Shown here: positions 13,934 to 25,964 of the stretch, one piece after another
How positions within the stretch are numbered: position 1 is the stretch's first letter
Layout of the letters: every line of letters begins with the position of its first letter
Source of the DNA: Hypanus sabinus
Taxonomy: Eukaryota
Length of the DNA stretch: 64,000 nt
Direction: 5' to 3'
NCBI RefSeq assembly: GCF_030144855.1
Contig: NC_082715.1
Coordinates: 129,828,001 to 129,892,000 of the forward strand
Program-made: the position numbers and the translations under genes
Notes under the pieces: model-generated
The model's input: the letters and a program-made list of their open reading frames with translations, nothing else
What the model was told of the DNA's origin: nothing
Databases searched by the model: none

Positions 13934-13985
13934 TAACAACATTATTTAAATCAAGTAGGGTAACAACATTATTTAAATCAAGTAG
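13934..13985. repeat. Perfect 25-bp tandem duplication in the CDC40 exon 6 acceptor region
   Basis: taacaacattatttaaatcaagtag at 13934-13958 and 13961-13985. Confidence 0.95.
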
Positions 13986-15769
13986 CCTGCAGTAAAATAT
14001 CATTTTATTGATTATTCACACAGCTACATTACTCAGAATGTGCACAGAGAAAGAAAGGATGATCTAATTAGGAATAACAGAGAACATGTAAACCATGAGT
14101 TGTATCGAGCAGGAAGAACTTCAAATTGTTTGAGAGATTTAAAGTATATTGTGATTTTTTTTGTGATACACGAGTGTTGGCTTTGCTCTATATATTGTTG
14201 GCAGAAGGATACAGAATAGTACTTTCCCAAATTTTTAATCAATTATGTAGTGTTTTATCAGGATGGTTTCACATAAATTTGCTCTGACTCCAAACAATTT
14301 GCCACTTGCCTGTCAGAAAGGATGTTTCTTTGATTTAGCCGTTCAGTGTTACAGCACTGAAAGAGGCCCTTTGACTCATCAAGTCCATGCAGACAACAAA
14401 ACACTTATTTACATTAATCCCAGTTTTATTCTTCTCACGTTCTTGTCAAACAACACTAACCGACAAAAATCTACAGTGGCCAATTAACCTACTTTGGGAT
14501 GTAGGAGGAAACACGAGTTCTTTGAGAAAACCCACAAAGTCACAGAGAGAATATAACCATATAACAATTACAGCATGGAAACAGGCCATCTTGGCCCTTC
14601 TAGTCCATGCCAAACGCTTATTCTCACCTAGACCCACCTACCTGAACTCAGCCCATAACCCTCCATTCCTTTCCTGTCCATATACCTATCCAACTTTTTT
14701 TTAAAATGACAAAATCGAACCTGCCTCTACCACTTCTACTGGAAGCTCGTTCCACAGAATGTGCAAACTCCATACAGCCAGCACCAGAGGTCAAGTCTGA
14801 ACCTGTGTCGATGGGGCTGTGAGGCAATGGCTCTCTCTACTAGCAGTGCAATTATGATATGATAAAAAAAGGTTTAAATGAAATAAAATCATAGTTTTAC
14901 CCACTCAAGAAACAGAACACAGTACTCTGTCAGTCATATGAGATAAGGTACTAAAAGAACCATACTTTGAAATCCAAAAGCAAAATACTACAAATGCTGG
15001 GAATATGAAACAAAATAGAAAGTGGTAGAAATACTAGGTAGCAGCTGTGAAGAGGGAAAACCAATTTTTCAAAGGGATGACCTTTCATCTGATGAAGGGC
15101 AGCAACCTGATACATTAACTGTTTCTCTCTCTATAAATGCTGAATATTTCCAGCACCTATTATCTCTCATTTACCAACTGATGTCATAATAATTCTAAGC
15201 AAATGGTAACCCAGAGGACTAGTCATGCATTACTTCTACTGTGCATTTGAACAACTTAAAAATACATACTGGGAACTGATTTAAGGAATCGCTGCAAATA
15301 CAAGTCAAATAAGTTCTAGAAAACTCTATATTTAATCAAAAAGCTCCCAACTTAACAAAGCAATACTATGTTTATAACACGCTGCCAACATCAGATGGAC
15401 TTTTTACAAAATATCTTGACAATATCAGTTTCAGCACCAGAACAGTGTGTGCATTTTACACAGCCTTATTTTAAACCATGTAACAGTTTCAATCAGCGCC
15501 ACTGCAGGAAACCAATGCATGCTTGAAATGCCCATTGGCAAAAAGAGATAAGCAAAAATTTAACATATCAAATCTTGAATTCACGGTCATGATCCTATTC
15601 TCACGCAGCGGTTTTTGACTTGCAATTGCAAATAAGGGAGGATTGCGGGTGGAAGCTGACCAGTCAGTCTGATACAGTACAAAGTCCCATCTACTATTCG
15701 AGTCAATAGCGGGGTGCATAATCACAGTCCATAGCAGAGGAAGAATACCACTGGTAAAGATCACTTGGA

Positions 15770-16090
15770 AGCAGCACACTGCCGCAGCTGGTAGAGTTTG
15801 CTGCCTCACAGCATCAGAGACTTGGGTTCAAACGTGATGTTAGGTGCGGTCAATGTGGAGTTTGCAAATTGTCCCTAAAAATGCATAGGTTTCCCTGAAC
15901 GTTCAGGTTCTCTCCCATATCCCAAAGGCATATGGGTTAACTGGTTACTGTAAACTGCCCCTAACGGCAGTGAGTGGTAGAATCTGGGAAAGTTGATGAC
16001 AATGTGGAAAGGATTAAAATAAAGACTGATGTAGGATCATTTGGCACAGGCTTGGTGGGCCAAAATGCATTTCCATGCTCTCTGTCTCTA
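15770..16090 (+). mobile_element. tRNA-derived V-SINE (HE1-like)
   Basis: tRNA-like head with B-box gggttcaaa; V-domain-like gtggagtttgcaaattgtccc..ggtttccc..caggttctctcccatatcccaaag; other copies at 9768-9790 + 11374-11680 (+, split by Tc1) and about 14340-14850 (-). Confidence 0.75.
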
Positions 16091-16463
16091 CACTACACTA
16101 AATTAACACAGATTTTTCTTCAAACATTTCATTTCAAAATTAGCTGCCTCATTAAGTAATGTCTGAGCCAAAAACTGTAGTAGCCAACAAACATTCCATC
16201 AATTATTTTCACCATAATAATAACTGCTAAGTTACCAGAAAGAATGACAATTTGTTAGTTGGCAAGATATTTTCATACACACATATGTTGACATTGAGAA
16301 AAACTGCAGATTTCTGTTTTACACAAGTCTATGACTGCCATCGTCATCATTGATAAATTACATTGGGCAACAATATTTTTTAAAATACTCAGAATTTGTA
16401 ACTATTATTTAAGTACATGTAGATTTTAAATTTATCTATCTTTGCACAGGTGAATAAACTAAC

Positions 16464-16603
16464 CTCTGAAGGCTTGGCCACATCCTTTTCATCGACATAC
16501 TTTGCCCAAGGTCCTTGAAAGCCTTCAATATTTGCTGGGTCTGCTTCTTTTAACTTTTTGCGCTTTTCTGATTTCTTTTTACCAGATTCAAATACTGTAA
16601 GTC
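16464..16603 (-). CDS. CDC40: CDC40 internal exon (exon 5 equivalent)
   Basis: tgtgcag|GA CTT ... TCA GAG|gttagt; 140 nt, phase 1->0; (G)LTVFESGKKKSEKRKKLKEADPANIEGFQGPWAKYVDEKDVAKPSE. Confidence 0.96.
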
Positions 16604-17004
16604 CTGCACAATTTTAAAATCAATACAAAAGACGTTGGCAAATACTTAAGAAAGCTGAGCAAATTCACTTTAATTAAAATGGGTTCTTCAAATTAACATG
16701 TCACTCAGCAATGTTTCAAATATTTTATTTTTGAAAAACCACGCAAAGGGCAAAAGGGCTGATAGATTTTTAGCTATTAAGAAAATTAAAGGATTCAGGT
16801 TTAGGGCAGTAAACTGGATCCAAAGTAAAAGATCAGCCATATTCTTACTGAATTGCAAGGATGAACAGTCCAAACCTCATCTATTTCTTAGGTCCTTTTG
16901 ATACTATGCTCAAAACCAAATTCAAACATCATCAGTAATTCAAAGGCAATAAAACAGGGTCATAAATTATAATAAAAAAAGAGACAGATCCAAATCCATC
17001 AAAA

Positions 17005-18340
17005 GATCATAAGACATGGGAGCAGAATTAGGCCACGGCCCATCAAGCCTGCTCCACCATTCCATTATGGCTGATTTATTATCTCTCTCAACCCCATTTT
17101 CCTGTTTCCTCCCTGTAACCTATGATGCCCTGACTAATCAAAAACCTATCAACCTCTGCTTTAAATATACTCATAACTTGGCCTCCAAAGCTGTCCGTGG
17201 CAATGAATTCCACACTCTGACTAAACAAATTCCTCCTCATCTCTGTTTTATGTAAATGGATGCACCTCCATTCTGAGACTGTGCCCACTGGCCCTGGATG
17301 CATCTATCATATGAAGTATCCTCTCCACATTCATTCAAAATTCAAAGTAAATTTATCATCAAAGTACATATACACCATCATATACAGTCCCAAGATTCAT
17401 TATCTTGTGGGCACACTCAATAAATCAAATACGCGTAATAGAATCAATGAAAGACCACACTAAAAGGGCAGAAAACCAGTGTGCAAAAGACAACAAACTG
17501 CAAATCCATAAAGAATGAAAAAAAAAACAAGCAAATAAACAAATAAACAACCAAACAAGCAATAAATATCAAGAACATCAGATGAGCAGTCCTTGAAATT
17601 GAGTCCATTGGTTGTGGGAAGAGTTCAATGATGGGGCAAGTGAGGTTGAGTGGTTATCCCCTTTGGTTCAAGAGGATTGGTTGAGGTGTATCAACTATTC
17701 CTGAAACTGGTGGTGTGAGTCCTGAGGCTCCTGTACTTCCTTCCTGATGGCAGCAGTGAAAAGAGAGCATGGCCTGGGATGATGGATACTGTCTATCCAG
17801 GCCTTTCAATAGGTTTCAATAAGATCTCCTCTCATTCTTCTAAGCCACAGCGAGTGCAGACCCAGAGCCATCAAATTCTCCTCATCCTTCCCAGAATCAT
17901 TCCAGTGAACCTCCTCTGGACTCTGTTTTCTTAGATAAGGGTCCAAAAACTGCTCACAATACTCCAAGTGCAATCTGACCAATGCTTCATAAAGCCTCAG
18001 CATTACAATCCTGCTATTATATTCTAGTCCTCTTAAAATGGATGCTAATATTGCATTTGCCTTCCTTACCATTGACTCAACCTGCAAGTTGACCTTACTG
18101 GAATCCTGCACAAGGACTCCCAAGTCCCTCTGCATCTCTGATTTTTAAATTTCCTCCCCGTTTAGAAAATAGTCTGCACCTTTTTTCTTTTATCAAAGTG
18201 CATGACCATATACACTTTCCATCTGCCATTTCTTTGCCCATCCTCCCAATCTGCCCAAGTCCCTCTGCAGACTACCCACTTCCTCAATAATATCTACCCC
18301 GCCACCTATCACCCACAAGCTTGGCCACAAAGTCATCCAG
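17005..18340 (-). mobile_element. CR1 3' portion split by a Rex1-type 3' fragment (about 17330-17790)
   Basis: ORFs 17806-18135 (QRDLGVLV..VRLHLEYCEQF..RGDLIETY) and 17088-17303. Confidence 0.85.
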
Positions 18341-18909
18341 CATTCAGTTTTTATTGTAAATTGCGAGCAGTACATTGAATTTAAACAGCCAAGACTTTTG
18401 CAACAGATAATTATTAAGGCATTGTTAACTGGCTTGCATCAAACCAGGCAACATGGCTAAGTTATTTGTATTGTTACCCAAGTTCAAACTGGCAGACCAG
18501 ATGGATGTTGCTACGTAGCATATCAAATATGGTCACAGGAGTTTCTGTGTACAGTACTTACCATATTTGTGTACTCAGAGACAGCCATGACAACATTAAT
18601 TTTGGGTTTATGGCTGTCCGTCTGTCATCATTTGTGTTAATATTTGTGTTATTTAGTTTCTCCCAAAGGCGTTTGGACCTTCAGAAGCGCTTTAACAATT
18701 ACAATGTATTTCCACTATGCATCTCAAAGGAATCATTTGTCAACTAAAAATATTTAAGTAAATAATCTCATTGTAACTATTGAAATTATACTGAATCACC
18801 TACTGTTATTTTGATCTTAAGGGTATAAAAATGTGATATGCCTTTGGGTTTGTGAGCCTCGGCCCAGTGTGTCTCCAGAATGATACCTGCTTGTTTCAAT
18901 GAATAAATA

Positions 18910-20370
18910 CATTACCTCGAAAAAGTTTCAGTCCCCACAACTATTTTCACATTTTACTCAATTACTCAATTTAAAATACACTGAAATTGGATTTTTGAGC
19001 TAATATATAAACCATTCTGCATCATGTCAAATCAAAAGAAAAATTCTAAAACCTATCAACAATTTACTAAAAATTAAAAATGAAAGTTGTGAGGCTGAAG
19101 AAGTATTCATCCCCTTTGAAAGTAGTACACTAACATTCCTCAGGTGCAATATACTGTATTACCTTACCAACTGCTGTCGATGTAGAAAATTGGAGTATCA
19201 CCTGGTTTCAATTAATTCAAAAGAATAAATACTCCTTCTCTCTGTAAGGACTTTAAGTATGGTAGATCTCCCAACAGACCAAACCAATATGAAGACAAAA
19301 GAGCATTCAAGACAAGTCTGGGAAATGGCAACAGAAAAGCACAAATGTGGAGGAGGATACAAAAGTATCACAAAATGCACTGAACATACATCGGAGCTCA
19401 GTGCAGTCCACTGTGGAAAAAGTGGAAAAATTATGAAACACTGCTGAGGTCAGTCCATCCCTCTAAACTGAATCACTGGAGAAGCATAGCACCTGTAAGA
19501 GAGGCTACTCTGACACCAACCGTCACTGAGTGAGCTGCGGAAGTTAGTGGCTGCAACTGGAGATGAAGTTCATGGCCCCACAAACTCTAAGACCTTGCAC
19601 AAAAAGGGAAAAGTCCTGGCTAAATTTTTAAAAAAAAGCAGAACATCTTTGCCTTTAAGACTTTCCAAAGCGTCACTGAGAAGATACTGTAAAGATGTGG
19701 AAGAAGGTCTTGTGGTTGGACAAGACTAAAGTGAAACATTTTGTCCTCAACACTAAGCAGTACATGTGGTGAGAATCTAATACTACACATCAGCCAGGTA
19801 ACATGATCCCTACATAAAGTGTCCTGGAGGTAGCATCATGTTATGGAGATGCTTTACAGCAGCAATGACTGAAAATCTGGTCAGAATGAATGCTGCTAAA
19901 TACAGAGAGTTCCTGGATACAAACTTGGGGTGGGGGGGGGGGGGAGAGGGTGGAGTTCATCATTCAGCAGGACAATGACCCAAAACACACTGCCAGAACA
20001 ACTATGGAGTGGCTTCAAATGAAGAAAACTAATGTCCATAAGCAGCCCAGCCAGAGTCCTGACTTTAACTCGATCGAACATCTCTGGCAAGACCTCAAGA
20101 TTTCTGTCCACTACTGCTCTTATCCAAAAAGACTACCAGCCTGAATAGATGTGAGAAGTTGTTCAACTACATACTGAGCAAAGGGGAGGTGAATATTTTT
20201 GAACTGCTGACATTTCAGTTTTTGAATTTTTAGCTTTTCATGCTTTCCCTTTATTTTGTGCTCTACTGTGAAAAAAATGGGCATATGAATTCACAGATAA
20301 AAATTCATAGTTAAATTGATCAAAATGCCTGGTTGTATTACTCATTTATGTGAACAAAGCATTGGGTGCA
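18910..20370 (+). mobile_element. Tc1-like transposon, family A, second copy (3' TIR eroded)
   Basis: Co-linear with 9788-11371; MKTKEHSRQV start; QQDNDPKHT...SPDFNSIEH gives D34E spacing. Confidence 0.9.
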
Positions 20371-20529
20371 TTGCTTTATATATCACCAGCTTTATGGCCA
20401 CTCTGGTGACTTTGAGCATAGTCACAATAGTTTGAAAACTTGGCCACAGAGCCTTTAATTCTGTCATCCTAATCGTTGACCTATAACATGAAAAGAAGTG
20501 ATCCCAATAACAATACTTGCAGAACACCA

Positions 20530-22985
20530 TTAGTCATCGGCAGCCAACCAAAATAGATTCTCTTTATTTCCACTCTTTGCCTCCTGCCAATCTTCTATCC
20601 ATACTAGTGTTTTTCCTATCTTGTTAAGCAGCCTCATGTGCGGCACCTTGTCTAAAGCCTTCTGAAAATCCAAGTAAGCAACATCCACTGACTGTTATGT
20701 CCTCAATGAATTCCTATAGGTTCATCAGGCAAGATTTCCCATTAAGCAAACCATGCTGACTTTGGCTTACTTTATCGTACACTTCCAGGAAGCCTGAAAA
20801 CCATCAAAGTCAGGCTAACTGGCCCATAACTTTCCTTGCTCTGTCTCCCTCCCTGCTTGAAGAGTGGAGTGACATTTGCAATTTTCCAGTCTTCTGGAAC
20901 CATTCCACAATCTAAAGATTTATAATGCTTCCACAATCTTTTCAGCCATCTCCATAACCTAGGGGTGTAATCCATCAGGTCCAAGTGACCTATCTACTTT
21001 CAGGCTTTCAGCTTCCCAAGCACCTTCTCCTTAGGTATAGCAACTACACTAATTTCTGCCCTGACAGTTTTGAATTTCTGGCATACTGCAAGTGTCTTCC
21101 ACAGATAACACTGATGCAAAATATTTATTAAGTTAGACTGCCATTTCTTGGTTCCCCCATTACTACCTCTCTAGTGTAATTTTTTATGTGGTCCAATATC
21201 CATTCTCTTACGTTTTATATATCTGAAAAAACTTCTTGTATTCTCTTTTATATTATTGCTGGCTTACCTTATTATTTCATCTTTTCTCTCCTTACGTTTT
21301 TTTAGTTGTCTTCTGTTTGTTTTTAAAAGCTTCCCAATCCTCTAACTACCCACTAATTTTTGCTATATTATATGCCCTCTATTTTGGTTTTATGCCGTCT
21401 TTGACTTCCCATCAGGCATGGTTGCCTTGTCCTCCCTTGAGAATACTTCTTTATCTTTGGGACATTTCTATCCTGTGCCTTCCGAATTTCCCCCAGAAAC
21501 TCCAGTCATTCAGCCATTGCTGTTCTGTTGCCACCCCTGCTAGTGTCCCCTTCCAATAAATTTTGGCCAGGGCCTCTCTTCTGCCTCTGTAATCCCCTTT
21601 ACTCCACTGTAATACTGACACATCTGACTTTAGCTTCTCCCTCTCAAACCGTAGGGTGAATTCTATCCTATTATGATCACTGCCTCCTGAGAATTTCTTT
21701 ACCTTAAGCTACCCTAATCAAGTCAGTTTCATTGAAAAACACCCATTCTAGAATTGCTTTTCCCCTAGCGAACTCAACTAAATGCTACTCAAAAAACCTA
21801 TTTCTTAGGCATTCTACATAATTTGCTTGGGATCCAGCACTAACCTGATTATCCCCAATCTACCTACATATTGAAATCCTCCATAACTACTGCAACATTG
21901 CCCTTTTTACATGCATTTTCTATTTCCTGTTGTGAGTTATATCCCACATCCTGGCTATAGTTCAGGGCCTGTATATAACTCCCATCAGGGTCTTTTTAAC
22001 CTGGTAGTTTCTTAACTTTACCTATAAGGTTTCTCCATTTTTTGATCCTGTATCACCTCTTTCTAAGGATTTGATTACATTTTTAACCAACAGTGCTACC
22101 CTTCCCTTCTGCCCATCCTTTTGATGCAACGTGTATTCTTAGATGTTAAGCTCCCACTGTGACCTTCTTTCAGTCATAACTCAATGACTGCCACAATGTC
22201 TTGCCTGCCAATTTATAGCTGTGCTACAAGATCATCTACCTTATTCCGTACTACCATGAGCATTCAAATCTAACACCTTCAGTCCTGTATTCAGCACTCT
22301 TTTCAATTTTGCCTCTATGCTACACATGAACTCATCCCACTGACTGCAATTATGCCCTATCATCTGCCTGTCCTTCCTCACAGTCTCACTATATGTTGCA
22401 TTTACTTGTATACCAACTGCCCATCTTTAGCCCCATCACTCTGGTTCCCATCCACCTGCCAAATTAACTTAAACCCTTCCAAAAGCCAACCTGCCTGCAA
22501 GGATATAGATGTCCTCAGTTTCAGATGTAACCCATTCTTTTTGTACCTGTTATACCTTCCCCAGAAGAGATCCTAATGATCCAGAAATCTGAAACCCTGC
22601 TCCCTGCTCCACTCCTTGAGCCACTCATTCATCTGTACAATCATCCTATTCCTGCCCTGGCAGTGGGAGTAATCAGGAGATTACCACCTCGGAGGTCTTG
22701 CTCTTCAGCCTCTTCACTAACTCCCTGTGCAGGACCTTTTCCCCCTTTCTGCCCATGTCATTGGTGCCAATGTACACCACAATCTCTGGCTGCTCAGCCT
22801 CTCCTCTTGAGAATCTTCTGCAGCTGCTTTGAGACATCCTGGATCCCAGGACCCGGGAGGTGACACACCATTCTGGCTTCTCTCTCACGGCCACAGAATC
22901 TCCTGTCCGCGCGCCCCCCCACCCCCCAAACTATAGAGTCTCTTATCACTATTGCTCTGTCTGACTTTACCCTTCCCTACTGAGC
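20530..22985 (-). mobile_element. CR1 internal fragment: ORF1 esterase (SGNH-like), ORF2 EN and RT start
   Basis: QPEIVVYIGTNDMGRK (22673-22894); VPEDWKIANVTPLFK..YGPVSLT (20772-20984); a second esterase fragment lies at about 8350-8550 (+). Confidence 0.85.
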
Positions 22986-23703
22986 CTCAGGGGCAATCAC
23001 ATCCAGTTAAAGGATACATGGAGTTTAAGAACATAAGAAATAGGAGCAGAAGTAGGCCATCTGGCCTGTCGAGCCCACTCTGCCATTCAATAAAATCATG
23101 GCTGATCTGGCCATGAACTCATCTCTACCTACCCACCTTTTCCCAACAACCCTTAACTCCCACCTGCTTGCACCAATTCATCTCATCGTTTTTGTTTTTT
23201 TAAAACTTGCTTCAGTCCTTACATTAGCTATTCCCCTTTAAAGTTGTACTAAATAGAATGGGTAAATATATATTGCACGCAGCTCCAACAGGTTGTAGAA
23301 GAATGCTGGGTGCCCCCTGTCTGATAGTAAGTAAATTGCAATTGCGAGTTACAGCTTAAACAAGTCACACTAATCTTGAAGCAACTCCAATTCACGACCC
23401 AAAAGAAAAATCAAGCAAGCATTTGTAATTTTCAATAAATTGATTATGAGTAATGGACTAGTCAGTATTTATTAGTGGGTATGTTCCCCTACTTCCTTTG
23501 ACATCAGCAACCAAAACTGCTACTGGATGTGTACTTCACTACAATAATGGGAAATTAGTTCAGTATTTTGCTGATAGAATTACTGGTAATACTTTAACAT
23601 TACATAAAAAGTAGTAAATTAAAGTTCTGTACATCCTGGTTGGGGATGCATTCCTTAGATTCAAAGAACTTCTCTGGAGTTTCCTAGAAACCTTGTTCAT
23701 GAT

Positions 23704-23828
23704 CACAAGAGATTCTGCAGAAGCTGGTAATTTGGAGCAACACACACAAAATGCTGCAAGAACACAGTAGGTCAAGCAACATCTACGGGGAGGAATAAAC
23801 AGTCGATGTTTTGGGCCGAGACTCTTCA
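23704..23828 (-). mobile_element. 125-bp solo insertion of the Penelope tail with TSD
   Basis: 12-bp TSD cttgttcatgat at 23692-23703 and 23829-23840; matches 36308-36425 in reverse. Confidence 0.85.
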
Positions 23829-25671
23829 CTTGTTCATGATGTTGTATGGTGATGCTAATAGCTCATGAGCTTGCCTGGCTTTATCTGGCATCATACACAC
23901 AAATCACACAGTCATTCACAAACTAGAATATTTTCCATTTATGCACTCTGGTTGGTTAATGATAGCATGGACATACTGAGTTCTGCAGAAAGACAAGGTC
24001 ACAGTGCTTTTGATCATTCATCATCTGCAAGAATGGATACTGGTAACTTCCAAGAAAAAGTGTAAAAATATTATTCTCACTCAATTTAAAAATACCTGTA
24101 TGGAATTAGAAAGGTTTAATTGCTCCAGATGGGTCTTGTTTTGATTTAAAGATACTAATTTGTATTCATAAACTCAAGGGATTCTGCAGATGCGGGAAAT
24201 CTAGAGTAACAAAAAATGCTTTCCTTTTTAATTTGTATTCATTAACTGTTGGATTGGAAAGCTTTCTACCTTATGTCATAAACCACTTCCAGGTCAGGAA
24301 TACATTTTCCTCTGGCCTCAGTTCCAACCAGGCAAGAACCTAATTTTATCAATAGAATTTTTTCCCCCACTATTTTCCACTTCAAACATCCTGAAAGCTG
24401 CCAAGTAAGAATGCATTTGTTTAATCTGGAGTGGATTTGTTTCAAGTTCCTGAGGTAAAATGCATGTGACTGTTCACTGCTTGTTCTGTCTGTGGCTTTT
24501 TATATATATAAAAAAATCAAACTGTTTAAGTTGATTTTTTCTAAACAATCATTTTTTCGAAAGATTAGAAGTTCAAAAACAAAAAGACATAACTTTAACT
24601 GGGGACAGAAATTTAGGCAATGTTTTTTAAGAAGCTAATAATAATGCAATTCATTTACCAAAGACATTTCAACAGATCCAATTTATGAAGTCGCAGTTTC
24701 ATAGACTCACAGAAATGCATCTTAAATACGTGGAAAATTATGGAAAAGCAAGTCTCAGATATCCCATTTATCAGATATTATTATTTGTTTTCTTATAATT
24801 GTCTGTAATTCCAAAATGAAATTGAACAAAAATTGACATGTCCAGATTTGCAAGGAAAGAAAAATATTTAGGACAGGGAAAAGATACTTGTGCTTGTCAC
24901 CTCACCGTCTGTTCCAAATCTGCAACAGATAACATAGCATGATTTAGAGATGCTGACTAATCTCAAAATTGTACAGAAAAGATTCCAGATTCAATTTCTG
25001 ATCAATGTTGAGATGATTCTTACTGACAACCGTGGGTTGGACAGTGAGGAGAAGCAAGAAACTGTAGATGGTGGAATCTGGAGCAACACAAAGATATTGG
25101 AGGAACAGTGGGTCAGGCAACATCTATGGAGGGAAATGGACAGTGAATGTGTCAGGTCAAGACCCTTCATTTGCACTGAAAGAGAGGAGAGACAGCCAGA
25201 ATAAAAAAGGCGAAGAGAAGGAGTGGAGTAAGGGTTAGCAAGGTGGAGAGGGACGCGGAGAGGGTTTAGCATAACTAAACAACCAGTTAATTCTCACTAT
25301 TGTAACAGACCAGGGAACCCAGAAATGACTGAGAACACTGGTGACGCAAGAGACTGGAGCAAAATATCAAGCTATTGGAAGAGCTCAGCAAGTCAGGCAG
25401 CATTGTGAAAGTAAAAGGGTAGTTGGGAATTTCAGGAATAGACCCTAGATTAGGTTCATAAAATATTTGTTAATTAATTAAAAGGACAAAAAGTTACAAC
25501 TTAATGGTATCATTACCTTCCACCCCTCTAAGTATGCTACAGTGATATTATCTACAAACAAAATGTTGCCATTACACACCAAGGATAGCACACTGATAGT
25601 AACCAAATTCCCGAGCTGAAAGTTAACAAGTCATAAAATTTAGATTCCATTTTTGAGTTCACAACACAAAC

Positions 25672-25761
25672 CTTGATTCTTTTCAGCATCTTCAACACTA
25701 CCAATATATGTGTCCCCTGCTGGAACTTCACTGTGGTCTAATGTTGGATCCAAAGCATAAC
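25672..25761 (-). CDS. CDC40: CDC40 internal exon (exon 4 equivalent)
   Basis: ttttag|GT TAT ... AAT CAA G|gtttgt; 90 nt, phase 1->1; (G)YALDPTLDHSEVPAGDTYIGSVEDAEKNQ versus recalled human YALDPSLDNHQVSAKYIGSVEEAEKNQ. Confidence 0.94.
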
Positions 25762-25964
25762 CTAAAATTAGAATAAAATGTTTTTAAAAAGGCAAGTTAT
25801 AGAAATGAAAGATAAGTTAAAGTCAATCAACACACATTTGTGTTCCCTCAAACTTCAGTGAGGATTAAGAGATGCAACAAAAATTGACAATATTAAGATG
25901 GTGAATTCTTCAAACAATGTTCCAGACTTACTCATGTCAAGATGAGTTAGATGAAGGAACCATT

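Noticed and set aside
15489-15809. 106-aa minus-strand ORF in unique, CpG-containing sequence
   Set aside because: Starts inside a SINE head, has no recognisable domain and no clear splice signals.
18581-18620. Hairpin gacagccat...atggctgtc next to a minus-strand gtaagt donor
   Set aside because: The stem is too short for a pre-miRNA and there is no good acceptor; no support for an exon or ncRNA.
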